DNA of 47,347 nucleotides from IMG/VR virus record IMGVR_UViG_2737471835_000007. The stretch is one strand, 5' to 3'. Source of the DNA: a virus. Its lineage: Duplodnaviria; Heunggongvirae; Uroviricota; Caudoviricetes. Within the stretch, counting starts at the first letter, position 1, and every line of letters starts with the position of its first letter. A model generated the notes under the pieces. That model saw only the letters and a program-made list of their open reading frames with translations. It was not told where the DNA came from and ran no database searches. Of this stretch, positions 9,077 through 19,656 are shown piece by piece. The position numbers and the translations under genes were made by a program.

Positions 9077-9790
9077 TTAACCAGGATTTGGTTTCTTCGA
9101 CGTAATCGTGCTGCTGCCGCTTTGAACACCAGTCACATCGTGGCTGTGGCCGCTGACGCTCACGCCGTTGATAACTGCATCCATCTCGACATTAAGAGGA
9201 CCAATCAGCGAAGCGGTTGTATCCTTCATCTGGGCTTTGTCCTGGACGATCGGTCCATTGAGGTGAATTTTCCCGTTCAGGAAAATATCTTCGGCCTCGA
9301 GGTAAACAGCTTTCGACTTTTGCCTGATTTCTTCCAGAGCCACCATTACCGAGCTACTGCCGTCCTCTGTTTTGAGGATCGCGCCATCCGGACCGTACAA
9401 AACGATTTTTTGCGGATCTTCGTCGGACCACTCCTTGTTTGCCAATGGCACGAAAAACAGGGGAGTGAGCGACATCGAGTAAGAAAGCGTTGCCATACCG
9501 GTTCCCAATCCGGACACACCGCGCAGTGATACATCAGCGGCAATTGTTACTCCTCGATCGCCCGGCTGTATCGGGTAACGGATATACGGGAATGTGGCGA
9601 CAGGGATTGTTATCTGCGGGAAGTTGATCCCCTCCGGCAGCATATCAAACTGAACTGTCACTATTTGCCCGCAGATATCGACAACATGGCAGGGCAATTC
9701 GCGGCCTTTAAGCTCGGCTTGCTGGTTACCAGAACTGGTCATCATCTCCGACAGTGTTCGGAGAAACGGTAATTTTTGAGCGTTTGACAT
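9077..9790 (-). CDS. baseplate central spike protein (gpV-like)
   Basis: 237 aa; C-terminal VSGHSHDVTG HxH-type motif as in spike apex domains; position after hub-like gene. Confidence 0.55.
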   Translation of the reverse strand: MSNAQKLPFLRTLSEMMTSSGNQQAELKGRELPCHVVDICGQIVTVQFDMLPEGINFPQITIPVATFPYIRYPIQPGDRGVTIAADVSLRGVSGLGTGMATLSYSMSLTPLFFVPLANKEWSDEDPQKIVLYGPDGAILKTEDGSSSVMVALEEIRQKSKAVYLEAEDIFLNGKIHLNGPIVQDKAQMKDTTASLIGPLNVEMDAVINGVSVSGHSHDVTGVQSGSSTITSKKPNPG

Positions 9791-10797
9791 TACACCCTCG
9801 CCCAGTTCTCAGCATATGCCTCAAATACCGTCACCCAGGCATCGCCATCGGCTGTCAGATACGAACCAATGTGTCTGACTGATTTCACAAGAAATTTCCC
9901 GGTGAACGTGGTCGAATTTTTTGCGATAACGCTGGGTACCGTTGTATTAGCCATCACAATCGACGCAGCGCCAGAATATAGCCCCTCCGGCAGTTTAACC
10001 ACATCACCACATCTGATATCGCCTCTCATAGGGCATTTGAAACTGACGGTAAACGGCGCTATCCATGTCGGCTGCCCGACCAGTTCATGGGCATGAATTG
10101 TTTTTGGCTCACCCCACTTTGCCGATGCGTTATCGTAGATTCGTATTCTGTCGGAAAGAATACTGATGGCGATTCCGCTATACCTTTCATTACGCATCAT
10201 CGCAATAGAGGCGTTTTTTACGACCATAGCCAGCGAACCAATCTCCGTATATTTGCCCGTCCACGGCTCTGGCAAAACCAGGTTGTCGCTGACTGTGCAA
10301 TCAATAAGTTTATTGGGATATGCTTTTTGCAAAGCGCGGACTAAAACATCGCCCACCCTTTCCCCTGCTTCCCCCTGCCCCTCAATTGAAAAAGGTTTAC
10401 CGTCATCGGTTTTGCGTATGCTTGGATTTATTACCAGGTTTAAAGTCTGGTTCGTGCCGATCCAGTTGGCATAGGCCAGATAAATTTCACCATAGATTAC
10501 CTCCCCCTGTTGATCCTTATTTGCCAGTGGTAACCCCTGAACAAAGCCTGCTTTCATACGTACCAGACAACCCTGCAAACTTACGCTTTGCTTCAGCATG
10601 TCAATTGGTAATCCATAGATCGTCAGCATCGTACCCGAACAGACTACATCCAGGCCGGTTACTTCAAAGTCAAATTCAACATGCAACCCACATCCTGGTG
10701 TTTCATTGGTATCAAAAGGTCCAATGGGTTTTCCATTGCTATCCACTGGCGGCTTGCCTGTTTTAGGATTAATAATTTCCAGTCGGTAATAACGCAT
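9790..10797 (-). CDS. putative baseplate hub / tail protein
   Basis: 335-aa ORF in tail operon; start overlaps upstream stop. Confidence 0.5.
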   Translation of the reverse strand: MRYYRLEIINPKTGKPPVDSNGKPIGPFDTNETPGCGLHVEFDFEVTGLDVVCSGTMLTIYGLPIDMLKQSVSLQGCLVRMKAGFVQGLPLANKDQQGEVIYGEIYLAYANWIGTNQTLNLVINPSIRKTDDGKPFSIEGQGEAGERVGDVLVRALQKAYPNKLIDCTVSDNLVLPEPWTGKYTEIGSLAMVVKNASIAMMRNERYSGIAISILSDRIRIYDNASAKWGEPKTIHAHELVGQPTWIAPFTVSFKCPMRGDIRCGDVVKLPEGLYSGAASIVMANTTVPSVIAKNSTTFTGKFLVKSVRHIGSYLTADGDAWVTVFEAYAENWARV

Positions 10798-11063
10798 TAC
10801 GAAACCTCAAACTGATTCGTACTTTCGCGAAAAACAAGTTTCCCCGGAGAGCAAGGCAGCGCCAGATTGATGTCGTAACTGTCAGGTGACGCGATCAAAG
10901 GCATGTATACAATCACGTCGCCTGAACTGTCTTTCAGTTCCAGGTAGTAACGATTTGCATACAGATTAAACGGAACGCGGGCGAATGTTTCATATTCTCC
11001 GATTCTGGCAGTGAACTGAAATGGTCCTCGCCCGTCAGGTTTGAAAGGAATTAACGTTGTCAT
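10797..11063 (-). CDS. small tail protein
   Basis: 88-aa ORF translationally coupled within tail operon. Confidence 0.45.
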   Translation of the reverse strand: MTTLIPFKPDGRGPFQFTARIGEYETFARVPFNLYANRYYLELKDSSGDVIVYMPLIASPDSYDINLALPCSPGKLVFRESTNQFEVS

Positions 11064-11728
11064 AAGCCAAAACCAAACTCCTGCACGACCTGGTTCTTAA
11101 TACCTGACCACGATAGCGCCCCGTCTGACGGCATCCCTTTATCAAATTTATCCAGAACGCTCGCCAGCGTTTTTACCGTTTGTTCGACAGACGACAATGG
11201 TTGCTCAAACTCAATCTGCCAGGTGTGCTGAACCTGCTTGTTCTGCTCAGAGAAACCGGATGTATCGATAAACGACCGCATCAGACAGCGCGTGTAGATG
11301 AAAGATGGCGTCATTACGGTGTAACAACCGCCATACTGGTTATGCATATCGAGCGCCATTTTCAGCGCCGTGAATGTCATCCCCTTAGTGATGTAGCCAC
11401 CGTCCTCCGTTGATGCCGGACGGATCATCTGCATGACTACCCGGTTAGGCTTCTTGACGGTCGCATTCGCTGCCGTTACCTGGTTATAGAAATTCAGGTT
11501 GCAAATATCCTGCTGAACCAACGTTGTCCCCGCCATCGGGGTAAATGCCGCCATCGAGCGTGTACGAATCTCGCCATGCAGCAGACCGTTCACAATGCTT
11601 AGGCCTTCGGTCAAAACAGCAATCGGCATCACCCCGCCGGGAATTTTCGACGCTATGCCATCAACTAAAAGAATGGGCGATACTTCAAACGCCAGTTTGA
11701 AAGCTTGTCCAAAGTAATTAAGTGACAT
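11060..11728 (-). CDS. tail protein (post-tape-measure)
   Basis: 222-aa ORF immediately downstream of tape measure. Confidence 0.5.
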   Translation of the reverse strand: MSLNYFGQAFKLAFEVSPILLVDGIASKIPGGVMPIAVLTEGLSIVNGLLHGEIRTRSMAAFTPMAGTTLVQQDICNLNFYNQVTAANATVKKPNRVVMQMIRPASTEDGGYITKGMTFTALKMALDMHNQYGGCYTVMTPSFIYTRCLMRSFIDTSGFSEQNKQVQHTWQIEFEQPLSSVEQTVKTLASVLDKFDKGMPSDGALSWSGIKNQVVQEFGFGL

Positions 11729-11731
11729 GGT

Positions 11732-13810
11732 TTACCCCGGTATTTGTTGCATTCCGGCGAGTTGTGCCAGTATGTCGGAACCTGGTTTTTGTTGAACGTC
11801 GAGCCTGATTACCTGAGAAGTATTATTTGGTGAATATACGTTTCCCCGGTTCATTGCCAGCGCCCGCATCACATCATCGCCACTTACTGCACGAGCGGCG
11901 TCCCCATTTTCATGGTTAATAATGCCCTGAATTAGCTTTCTCATTATCTCAAAATTAGAACCATCGATTTTCTCCTTAACACCTAATCCGGTGTACTGAG
12001 AGAGATAGCTTTTATAGGACGATGTGTTATTTCCATCAGATGAAGGGGCATAAATATCAATAATCTGATCAATCGTATTTTTGCCGCGTTTCAGGTATAG
12101 CATTACCTGCCGATCTAAGGCAGCAATGCCTTCCAGCATCGTCGGGAAGCTGGCAAAACGGGCATTTGGCCCCGATTCCAAGGTAGCCCCTTTTTGTCCT
12201 GCGAAATTAAGATTTCCGGGATTGTTATTCCTGATCCCTCTGGATAAATATGCAGATCTGTTTACTTGATTTGAAAATCCCTGCAATCCTCCAGGCCAGA
12301 CCTTACCCGGATTGTTTTTTTGCCACTCCTGCACTTCGTTAAAATAATCAAAGTTGAAACGCCCCTCCAGCCCTTTCATTTCCTCACTGGTGGTTGGTGT
12401 GTCATTTGTAGGAATAGCCAATCCAGCTACTGTTCCGGCTGTAGCCCCAAGAAGACTTCCACCAACAACACGGGCGGCAACTCCGGTCGTTGTGGCTGCC
12501 ACAGCACCAACTCTCGATGGTCCAGCAAGTACTGCGGCCCCAAAAAGCCAGGGATGTTCAACCGCAAAACCAACAAACCCGCTAAGTGCCTTAACAACCT
12601 TTGCAACATTTTCGGCAAAATTATTCAGGTCGTTATTAAAATCCGGGCCATTTACATACTTACCAAGTTTATCCAGACCTGTTTCAACATCAGTCAAAAT
12701 TCTTTTAAAGTTCTCACCGTTAAGGAAATTTAGACCAGCATTCTTTACACCATTAGATATTCTAATTAGCTGTACAGAGTTACCCGACATTGCCCCCTGA
12801 AATCCGCTGGTAAGTTGATCCCAGTTATTTTCTAAGTTACTGGTAAGATTCTGATACTGGCTTGTATGTCCAGAGGTGAGCAACGAGTCATTCTGAGAAG
12901 CTCGCGATAAAAACTCTTTGTTGAGTTCAGGTATTTTGTCCTGATATTTGACTAACTGGTTAGCAATACCAAAATTTACCCATCCAAGGCCACGACCTCT
13001 GAGCATGCTCTGAGTAAGTCCGGTTCCCTCATACTCCTTTGCAAGAGCAGCAACTCTTTCTAACAATACAGGAAGATTTTCTGCTGCCCCTTTTTTAGGA
13101 TTTATCCCTAATCCAATTAGCCCGTTGTAAGCAGGATGCTGAGTGTCATTTTGCGCGGCTGCCAGTGTATTGAGCAAATTACCAACACCGGAAAAATAAG
13201 GCGAATAAGTGCTTTCTGCCGCCTTTAACTCTCCTGGAGTTGCCTGCAATTCATCAGCATTTTTCTGTTTCTCTACAACATTACGAGCCATCATGCCAAA
13301 GCCAAACGGCCCGGTAACGCCCATAACCGCAAGTTTTGTCCCCCACGATACGGTGGTTTTAAACAGGTTGTTTAATCTCGAAGTGGTCGTCCGTAGCGTA
13401 GAATTGATCTGCTTGTAAGTTTTCAGCGTCTGTTTGGCGTTTTTCCCCAGCCCGCTGAGGTACTTATCAAACATCGTTTCGCCGCGACCTTTATAGTTGC
13501 TCACCAGCGAATCAGGTGTTTTCCCGCTGCCAACAAAGCGCCATTTTTCATCCCTTAAACGTCCATCAGTGGAAGCAGCCAGAACTGGCGCGGGTGAAGA
13601 TGGTTTCCTGGGAGCCTGATTGGCTTCTCCGCCTGTGGTTGTCTGCCAAGAGCCACCTCCCGGACCGGTATTTGAAGGTATTTTAAGCGGCGTACCGGCA
13701 GGGCCAATCATCAGTCCGTTGCGATACTTTTCAAATATCGCCTCAAGCCGCCTGAGGTGTTCTTCATTAACATCCAGCGTCAGAACTGGCATCTGGTTAC
13801 CAGCCATCAC
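11732..13810 (-). CDS. tail tape measure protein
   Basis: 692 aa, Gly/Ala-rich central segments, located after the chaperone pair and before baseplate genes. Confidence 0.7.
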   Translation of the reverse strand: MMAGNQMPVLTLDVNEEHLRRLEAIFEKYRNGLMIGPAGTPLKIPSNTGPGGGSWQTTTGGEANQAPRKPSSPAPVLAASTDGRLRDEKWRFVGSGKTPDSLVSNYKGRGETMFDKYLSGLGKNAKQTLKTYKQINSTLRTTTSRLNNLFKTTVSWGTKLAVMGVTGPFGFGMMARNVVEKQKNADELQATPGELKAAESTYSPYFSGVGNLLNTLAAAQNDTQHPAYNGLIGLGINPKKGAAENLPVLLERVAALAKEYEGTGLTQSMLRGRGLGWVNFGIANQLVKYQDKIPELNKEFLSRASQNDSLLTSGHTSQYQNLTSNLENNWDQLTSGFQGAMSGNSVQLIRISNGVKNAGLNFLNGENFKRILTDVETGLDKLGKYVNGPDFNNDLNNFAENVAKVVKALSGFVGFAVEHPWLFGAAVLAGPSRVGAVAATTTGVAARVVGGSLLGATAGTVAGLAIPTNDTPTTSEEMKGLEGRFNFDYFNEVQEWQKNNPGKVWPGGLQGFSNQVNRSAYLSRGIRNNNPGNLNFAGQKGATLESGPNARFASFPTMLEGIAALDRQVMLYLKRGKNTIDQIIDIYAPSSDGNNTSSYKSYLSQYTGLGVKEKIDGSNFEIMRKLIQGIINHENGDAARAVSGDDVMRALAMNRGNVYSPNNTSQVIRLDVQQKPGSDILAQLAGMQQIPG

Positions 13811-14100
13811 AATACTCCTGCGGGATTTTTGAATTTGAGCAGCTCACGAAACTGAGCTGCTGTTTTTACATTTAGGCCGGAATCTGCACAGATGTCTCTG
13901 AATCCGGCTCCGGCTGAGTAGTCGAGGATGTCGCTGATGACGTGTTCGCCGTCGCGCCAGAACTGGCGGCTGATTTCAATGTCGGCAATGAAGCGATCCA
14001 TTCCGTAAGATTCAATAACGAGCATTGAGTGCTCCATACTCCATTGACCACATCCATAGTCCCCTTCGCCTGCTCCGGTGAATTTATCGACGAGACGCAT
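13807..14100 (-). CDS. -1 frame ORF overlapping chaperone, probable frameshift extension (GT-like)
   Basis: Alternative frame opens at the T8 run and ends 3 nt before the tape measure start. Confidence 0.4.
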   Translation of the reverse strand: MRLVDKFTGAGEGDYGCGQWSMEHSMLVIESYGMDRFIADIEISRQFWRDGEHVISDILDYSAGAGFRDICADSGLNVKTAAQFRELLKFKNPAGVL

Positions 14101-14501
14101 GTAAAAAAAATGAGCTCACCCGCCACTTCATCCAAATCAATGATTTCACGCTCCAGCGCCATATCGAGAGGGATTGTGTCGTAGCCTTTACCCTCCACTG
14201 AGTAAACAAGGTTTGCCAGGCGAATGACCTCATTAACAAGTGTATTACGGACCCCTTTATCACCTTCCCAGATATTAGAATCACGCGAGATCCGCTCCAG
14301 CATCAAAAAAGCAATACGCGGACCCGCAACGACGCCAAGACCTTCTGAAAAAATGGCAGAAAAAGTTTTACTCAGAATGAAGAAATGCTCTTTAAACACC
14401 TCTTTGCTGATCGGCGTGGCATGGATCCAGCCATTACCCTTTTCTGTCCGGACAGGAATAATCAGGTTTAAATTTCGCGCGATTTTCATACCAGATCCCA
14501 C
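13872..14501 (-). CDS. tail assembly chaperone (G-like)
   Basis: 209-aa ORF between tube and tape measure; contains slippery U UUU UUU at 14103-14110. Confidence 0.55.
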   Translation of the reverse strand: MGSGMKIARNLNLIIPVRTEKGNGWIHATPISKEVFKEHFFILSKTFSAIFSEGLGVVAGPRIAFLMLERISRDSNIWEGDKGVRNTLVNEVIRLANLVYSVEGKGYDTIPLDMALEREIIDLDEVAGELIFFTCVSSINSPEQAKGTMDVVNGVWSTQCSLLNLTEWIASLPTLKSAASSGATANTSSATSSTTQPEPDSETSVQIPA

Positions 14502-14929
14502 ATTTCAGAGTTGATGTAATACGTACCAGTAATGGTGATGGCCACACCCGGCTCGCCCCCGGCGAAGGTCATATCCTGCACGTTGGTGATCGCCGTGTTA
14601 TAGATATCGAAGTCACCGAACACCGTGCTGTCGCTATACACTTTTGCGTCGCCGATCGTGGCATTCTTTTCCCATTGCGCCTTGAATTGTTTTCCCAGCG
14701 CCTGGCTACGCAGCAGATGAACACGCGCCTGTAAAATCATGTATGGCTGCGGCGACTGCACGGCTCCCGTCATAGCGGGTAAAAACTCCGTGATATTGCC
14801 CTGAAAGGACAATTCGACGCCTTCTTTTGCCAGAAATGAGGCGGACACATTCAGTTCAGAATGGGAGGTGAATTTAACGCTGGCGCGAACCCGGTTAAGG
14901 GTGCCAACGGGGATCATTGGATTAGGCAC
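14486..14929 (-). CDS. tail tube protein
   Basis: 147 aa directly downstream of sheath-like gene. Confidence 0.55.
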   Translation of the reverse strand: MPNPMIPVGTLNRVRASVKFTSHSELNVSASFLAKEGVELSFQGNITEFLPAMTGAVQSPQPYMILQARVHLLRSQALGKQFKAQWEKNATIGDAKVYSDSTVFGDFDIYNTAITNVQDMTFAGGEPGVAITITGTYYINSEMWDLV

Positions 14930-14940
14930 GGTTCAGTCCC

Positions 14941-16278
14941 TCACGAAAGCTGCATTGTCACATTGATGTTAAAAATGATTTCGACAAATCCGCGCATCGG
15001 CGTATAGGAGGCCGAAAGGCCTGCATAACGCCCGATACCGTAATCATTGGGATTAGTGTTGATATACTGGCGGAAAGGCACTGCATCGACGACAGGCTGA
15101 CCGTTGACCAGGCCGTAAGATACGCCCGTATTGAACACCGCCTGTGCGACCTGCTGTAGACGGTCGATCCCGTCCTGGTTGTAGTAAAGCGGGTTAATTG
15201 AGTTATTGCTGCCGTTGATCACCGTGTTGGCGAGCTGCATATCGACATTAATCTGCACCCAGTCCACGGAATACCAGTACGTCATATCGTTACCGTCACT
15301 GGTAACGCCTTTCACCAGAATCGTGTTGGAAATTCCCCCCTCAGCCCCCGTGTCGACGTAGTTAATATTCTGCTTCGTCATCGTGACCAGAATTGAATTT
15401 TTGCCCGTGTGGGCGTTTACCGCCTGTAGATAGCGAAATGCCATCGGCGGCACCTTGTTGATTTCTGAAGGTGATGCGGAAACATAGTTCCACATTACGG
15501 CTGCTGCCGCGTTTGTCGCCGGGTACGTATCATCCGCCGTTGCAATAACCGACTTAATACCGGCATAAGGCGAAACGTAATTCGTGTCGTCCGGCGTTTT
15601 CGTCAGCACGAAGAAATACTGCATCGCTTCGTTGGCGGTGTGGAGTTTTGCCAGACTGATAAACTCTGCGTCACCATCCCACGGCTGCGGCACCAGATAC
15701 GCATAAAAACGCAGGAGCGGATCTTCCATATAAGCTTTCAGTGCAGCGATTTCCTTACTGACTCCACCTTTCTGTACTCCCAGCTCCAGCAGGTAAATCC
15801 CAACTGAATTTCCCTGGGCAAAAAACGTGTTTACTGCCGTCACCAGATTTTCACTGCCAACAATGGAAAACTGCCCCAGTGTCACTGGCGAACCGGAAAG
15901 CTGAGAATCAGCAATCGTCCAAGTCAGTGTTTTTTCATCCGTGACGGTAGCAGTATATTCGCCATTCCACGCGTCGGGCGAACACCCGGAAACAACAATT
16001 TTCACCTCAGAACTGTTTTCGCGTCGGATGTTGCTCCCTTCCGGAAGCGTCATCGTAACGGTGACGTTTGCCGCAGATTTTCCTGCAGCAGCCGCCGACA
16101 ACGCAGCAATCGGATTTCTTACCAGATCGTTAATATCCTGATTACGGGTGAGTAATACAGGCTTTCCCGGCTCATGAGTCGTGGAGCCAAACGAGAGAAC
16201 AGCGGACATCTGCTGCGAATTCGAGGGAATGGCCCCGATGGTCTGGGACACATTCACCGTGACGATATTAAACCCCAT
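14941..16278 (-). CDS. tail sheath protein
   Basis: 445 aa, position before tube and chaperone; consistent with a contractile tail. Confidence 0.6.
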   Translation of the reverse strand: MGFNIVTVNVSQTIGAIPSNSQQMSAVLSFGSTTHEPGKPVLLTRNQDINDLVRNPIAALSAAAAGKSAANVTVTMTLPEGSNIRRENSSEVKIVVSGCSPDAWNGEYTATVTDEKTLTWTIADSQLSGSPVTLGQFSIVGSENLVTAVNTFFAQGNSVGIYLLELGVQKGGVSKEIAALKAYMEDPLLRFYAYLVPQPWDGDAEFISLAKLHTANEAMQYFFVLTKTPDDTNYVSPYAGIKSVIATADDTYPATNAAAAVMWNYVSASPSEINKVPPMAFRYLQAVNAHTGKNSILVTMTKQNINYVDTGAEGGISNTILVKGVTSDGNDMTYWYSVDWVQINVDMQLANTVINGSNNSINPLYYNQDGIDRLQQVAQAVFNTGVSYGLVNGQPVVDAVPFRQYINTNPNDYGIGRYAGLSASYTPMRGFVEIIFNINVTMQLS

Positions 16279-17222
16279 TATTTAACCTCATATTTACAAA
16301 TGACTTTTTCAATCAACTGCCGGGATATTTCCCGGGCGGTGCTCTGGTAGTAATTCACGTCAAAATCGACAATCTTTTTCTTCGCCAGAGCGTTGATTTC
16401 AACCTGTCCCGACTTTGCGTCCTGAACCACCGGAATATTGGTTACACCAAACTTTTCCTCCTCCAGCGCCCTGTTCACCACCGAGTCGACAAGATCCAGC
16501 GCCATTTTATTGCTGAATCCGTAAAGCGTCAGGCGAACCGAATCCTGGACGAGCTGGAATCGCTCACCACCGAAAACAACGGGAGCCACCTGCAACGGAA
16601 TACTGTTGCGAACATCCACCGCGATATACGGAGGGCGAAGGTTCTGCGGTACCAAGTAAGACGGATACACGGTCGCGGCATCTTTCATTTGCAGCCAGAT
16701 CGGGATGCTGTTGGATATGATCTGCTCGTCGCTGATATCCTCCTCGCAGTCGATAATCTGGGAACGCATGGTTGGCAAAATCGCCATGCCGCGATAATGA
16801 AAAATACCCGACTGCTGATAGCGGCTCTCCATTCGAGAAAAAGCGAACTGGACGCCGCCGTACTCACCGAGATAGATCGCATCGGGATTTTCCACATTAA
16901 AATCATCAACCTGCTGAACAGGCGTGAAAATAATGTTGTTCACATCCTTCGAGACAGACTCGTCCTGAATCGCAATAACCTGACGATGCAGGCTGCCTTT
17001 GATTTTCAGACGAGTTGGTGACTCAATATTCAGACGACACAGTTCATCGCAACTGATGATTTCCGCATTAACCCAATAGACAAAGCCATCCAGCGGCAGA
17101 ACCTGCCGGACATAGAGCCTGAACGTGATTTCCTGGTCTGACGAGATGGTTTCAACTGCTGATTTAAGAACGGACGAGAGCTGCGAACTGTGCTGTTCGG
17201 CTAATTCTTCAAGACTCGGCAT
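16278..17222 (-). CDS. structural protein (head-tail joining region)
   Basis: 314-aa ORF between capsid and sheath genes. Confidence 0.5.
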   Translation of the reverse strand: MPSLEELAEQHSSQLSSVLKSAVETISSDQEITFRLYVRQVLPLDGFVYWVNAEIISCDELCRLNIESPTRLKIKGSLHRQVIAIQDESVSKDVNNIIFTPVQQVDDFNVENPDAIYLGEYGGVQFAFSRMESRYQQSGIFHYRGMAILPTMRSQIIDCEEDISDEQIISNSIPIWLQMKDAATVYPSYLVPQNLRPPYIAVDVRNSIPLQVAPVVFGGERFQLVQDSVRLTLYGFSNKMALDLVDSVVNRALEEEKFGVTNIPVVQDAKSGQVEINALAKKKIVDFDVNYYQSTAREISRQLIEKVICKYEVK

Positions 17223-17664
17223 TGTTATCTATCCACGCTATAAAGCTGCCCTTAAACAGGCCGCCATCTATGAATGACGGGCGCCGCTCCCCGGTATATT
17301 TGTCCTTAAGCCTTGAGTTAACACCCTGTAACGCAGCCTGGGTTGGGACCTGATTTCCGTTGATCGTCATTCCGGCCATTTCTTCGGTTTCAAGAAATAT
17401 ATGGAAAATCTTCCCGGTCCCTTCCAGAAAATGCTCGCCAGGTAGCGGAGCCTTATACTTGAAGTGATTGACCAACTGGTACGCCAGTTCAGTACCTGCC
17501 TCCTGGATAATCTCGTCCTTATGCAATTCCCAGAAGTGCGTAAAAATTTCGTATCGCTCCTCGAGGTCACAGGCCACGTCAAACGTGGTTTTTCCCAGTT
17601 CGTCGCCGTAGTCATACGGCTGGTCGATAACCCCAAAACAAAGTTTCATGGCGTGTAACCCCAT
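17209..17664 (-). CDS. structural protein (head-tail joining region)
   Basis: 151-aa ORF, overlapping starts and stops in operon. Confidence 0.5.
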   Translation of the reverse strand: MGLHAMKLCFGVIDQPYDYGDELGKTTFDVACDLEERYEIFTHFWELHKDEIIQEAGTELAYQLVNHFKYKAPLPGEHFLEGTGKIFHIFLETEEMAGMTINGNQVPTQAALQGVNSRLKDKYTGERRPSFIDGGLFKGSFIAWIDNNAES

Positions 17665-18086
17665 ACCGTGCCCATCTGCATCAGCACCGCAACAACCTGT
17701 CGTCCATACGGATCCTGTAACATCTGCAAATCCAGCAAAGACAGATTACTCAGCGCGTCGCTGATGGTGATCGAACCAGATGTCCCCTGGTCTGCTGCCG
17801 CGCTGACAAGCCCGGTAGCCAGTTTCCCAAGGTTGAGTTTTTTTCTCAGGTCGGCAAACCACGAGCCGGGAGCGAAATTCAGGAGAAATGAGGCGGCAGC
17901 GTTATAAACCGTTCGCACATAGATGATGGGTAAACGCTCCAGCCCCTGATCATGAGGGATTAGCTCCATCGCAGACTGAAAGCAACATTCCAGCGTCGGA
18001 TCATCGTCAGCAATAGCATGAACCGGTACTTTCATGTCGTCACGAACAAAGCGAATAAATCCCTCCAGTGACGGACGCAAGGTCAT
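17646..18086 (-). CDS. structural protein (head completion/connector region)
   Basis: 146-aa ORF. Confidence 0.5.
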   Translation of the reverse strand: MTLRPSLEGFIRFVRDDMKVPVHAIADDDPTLECCFQSAMELIPHDQGLERLPIIYVRTVYNAAASFLLNFAPGSWFADLRKKLNLGKLATGLVSAAADQGTSGSITISDALSNLSLLDLQMLQDPYGRQVVAVLMQMGTVWGYTP

Positions 18087-18556
18087 TATTTTTTAACCTT
18101 AATATTTCGCTTTGTGCTGGGCGGATTTTCCTGTTCAGTGTTAATCGCTTCCCCGGTGATTTCCATTTCAATACCACCCGGTTGAGGTTTTTCGCCACTC
18201 TGAATCACTGCCTGATCCACTGCGTTATTCAGCGATACGGCGCTGGCTGCGAGAATTTCTTCTGACAGGGATTCCAGATTTTCCGTTTTCTGCTCCGCGC
18301 AATCCTCAATGCGACCGACGCTCACAGGTTTATCGATGGAATAGCAGATACCGGAAAAATTCTTGTCCACCTTGTCACAACGCTGGAATCCGTAAGGCTC
18401 ATGCTGTCGGATGATGTGGTCGATAATATCGGACTGATTTTCGATCATATGCTGACGTCCGGACGGAATTGTCACACCGAACGACTGCGTTTTTTCGGGG
18501 AGTTTGTAGTTGAACGTGTGCGGCTGACGTGAGCAGTTAGCGATGTAGAGCTTCAT
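18086..18556 (-). CDS. hypothetical head-associated protein
   Basis: Start set at MKLYIANCSR, 157 aa. Confidence 0.45.
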   Translation of the reverse strand: MKLYIANCSRQPHTFNYKLPEKTQSFGVTIPSGRQHMIENQSDIIDHIIRQHEPYGFQRCDKVDKNFSGICYSIDKPVSVGRIEDCAEQKTENLESLSEEILAASAVSLNNAVDQAVIQSGEKPQPGGIEMEITGEAINTEQENPPSTKRNIKVKK

Positions 18557-18613
18557 AAATTTTTCCCACAAAAAAGGGGAGCATTTAGCTCCCCGCATTA
18601 TCAGATTGAACGT

Positions 18614-19642
18614 TTATGCGTATTTGGCAGACAATAGGGTGATCCCCTCAGGGCGGAAGTTCCAGCCCGGCGTCGCGCGCATCGTATACAACGTGGTCAG
18701 GCCGCCATCCGGCATAGGGGACGGAATTTCCGTCGGCGCTGCCATATCACAGAACATCACGTTGACGGCCTGCTGGTTAGGTACCAGCGTGGAGAAAATA
18801 TTGGTGTTAATGGTGTGACGCGCTTCCGGAACCTCAATCGTCGGGTTCGTAACGATGATCAGGTCATTACCACCAGCGCCTTTACCGATCAGCGTGTCAT
18901 CCTGGCAGAAAATGATGTCGTCGCCTGTCGCCTTATCGGCGACGTCTTTAACCATCGTTCCCACCGTTCCGGTACCACCACCAGGACGCTGGTAACTGGT
19001 CAGCTCAACAATTCCTGTCCACTCCAGCGCCTTCATGAATCGCTGTGGGCTCAGAATAACAGTCGTTAATGGCTGCCCCAGCAGCAACATGCGGGTTTTC
19101 TGGTCAGCAATCAGGCCAAGCATAAATTTAGCCATCTCACCGGAATCCCAAGTGGTATATGAATCATTCCCTTTGCTGTCGTTGCCCAGATTCAGCGTCA
19201 CTGCGTTCGGGGAGTTGGTGATCCCCTCGTTATTAGCTGCATTCACGCCATACAGCAGCATATTACGCAACATTTGAGCGTGTCCCTGACGGTTAGCCAG
19301 GCGCAGGCCTTCAATCAGAGAATAGCCCCAGCGATCTGCTGCATCAGTATCGAGATAGCTGTATTGCGAGCGGGAAGAAATTCGGTAAGTCATCATTCCG
19401 TCATAGCCGCCAGAGATACTGGAAGACGGTAACTGACCCGGCAGAGACTGGCTGACCTGCGCCTGCGAGGTCATGCGCAGATATTTCTGATAGACCATCA
19501 AATCACTGGAACTGATTTTTACCGCTGGAGCACCACCAGCCAGGACTTCAAACGCCCCGGAAGCCATGCTCTGTTGCACGATCATTTCCGGCAGCACCAT
19601 TGACGGCGACACAATAGTAGTCGCAGGAGTAAATGCGCTCAT
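18614..19642 (-). CDS. major capsid protein
   Basis: 342 aa, downstream of scaffold-like gene in a portal/scaffold/capsid module. Confidence 0.7.
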   Translation of the reverse strand: MSAFTPATTIVSPSMVLPEMIVQQSMASGAFEVLAGGAPAVKISSSDLMVYQKYLRMTSQAQVSQSLPGQLPSSSISGGYDGMMTYRISSRSQYSYLDTDAADRWGYSLIEGLRLANRQGHAQMLRNMLLYGVNAANNEGITNSPNAVTLNLGNDSKGNDSYTTWDSGEMAKFMLGLIADQKTRMLLLGQPLTTVILSPQRFMKALEWTGIVELTSYQRPGGGTGTVGTMVKDVADKATGDDIIFCQDDTLIGKGAGGNDLIIVTNPTIEVPEARHTINTNIFSTLVPNQQAVNVMFCDMAAPTEIPSPMPDGGLTTLYTMRATPGWNFRPEGITLLSAKYA

Positions 19643-19656
19643 TAATTAATATCCCC

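Noticed and set aside
12354-12800. Long plus-strand ORFs (148 and 137 aa) inside the tape measure region
   Set aside because: Antisense to a strongly supported minus-strand tape measure gene; Pro/Ala/Arg-rich composition typical of off-frame translation.
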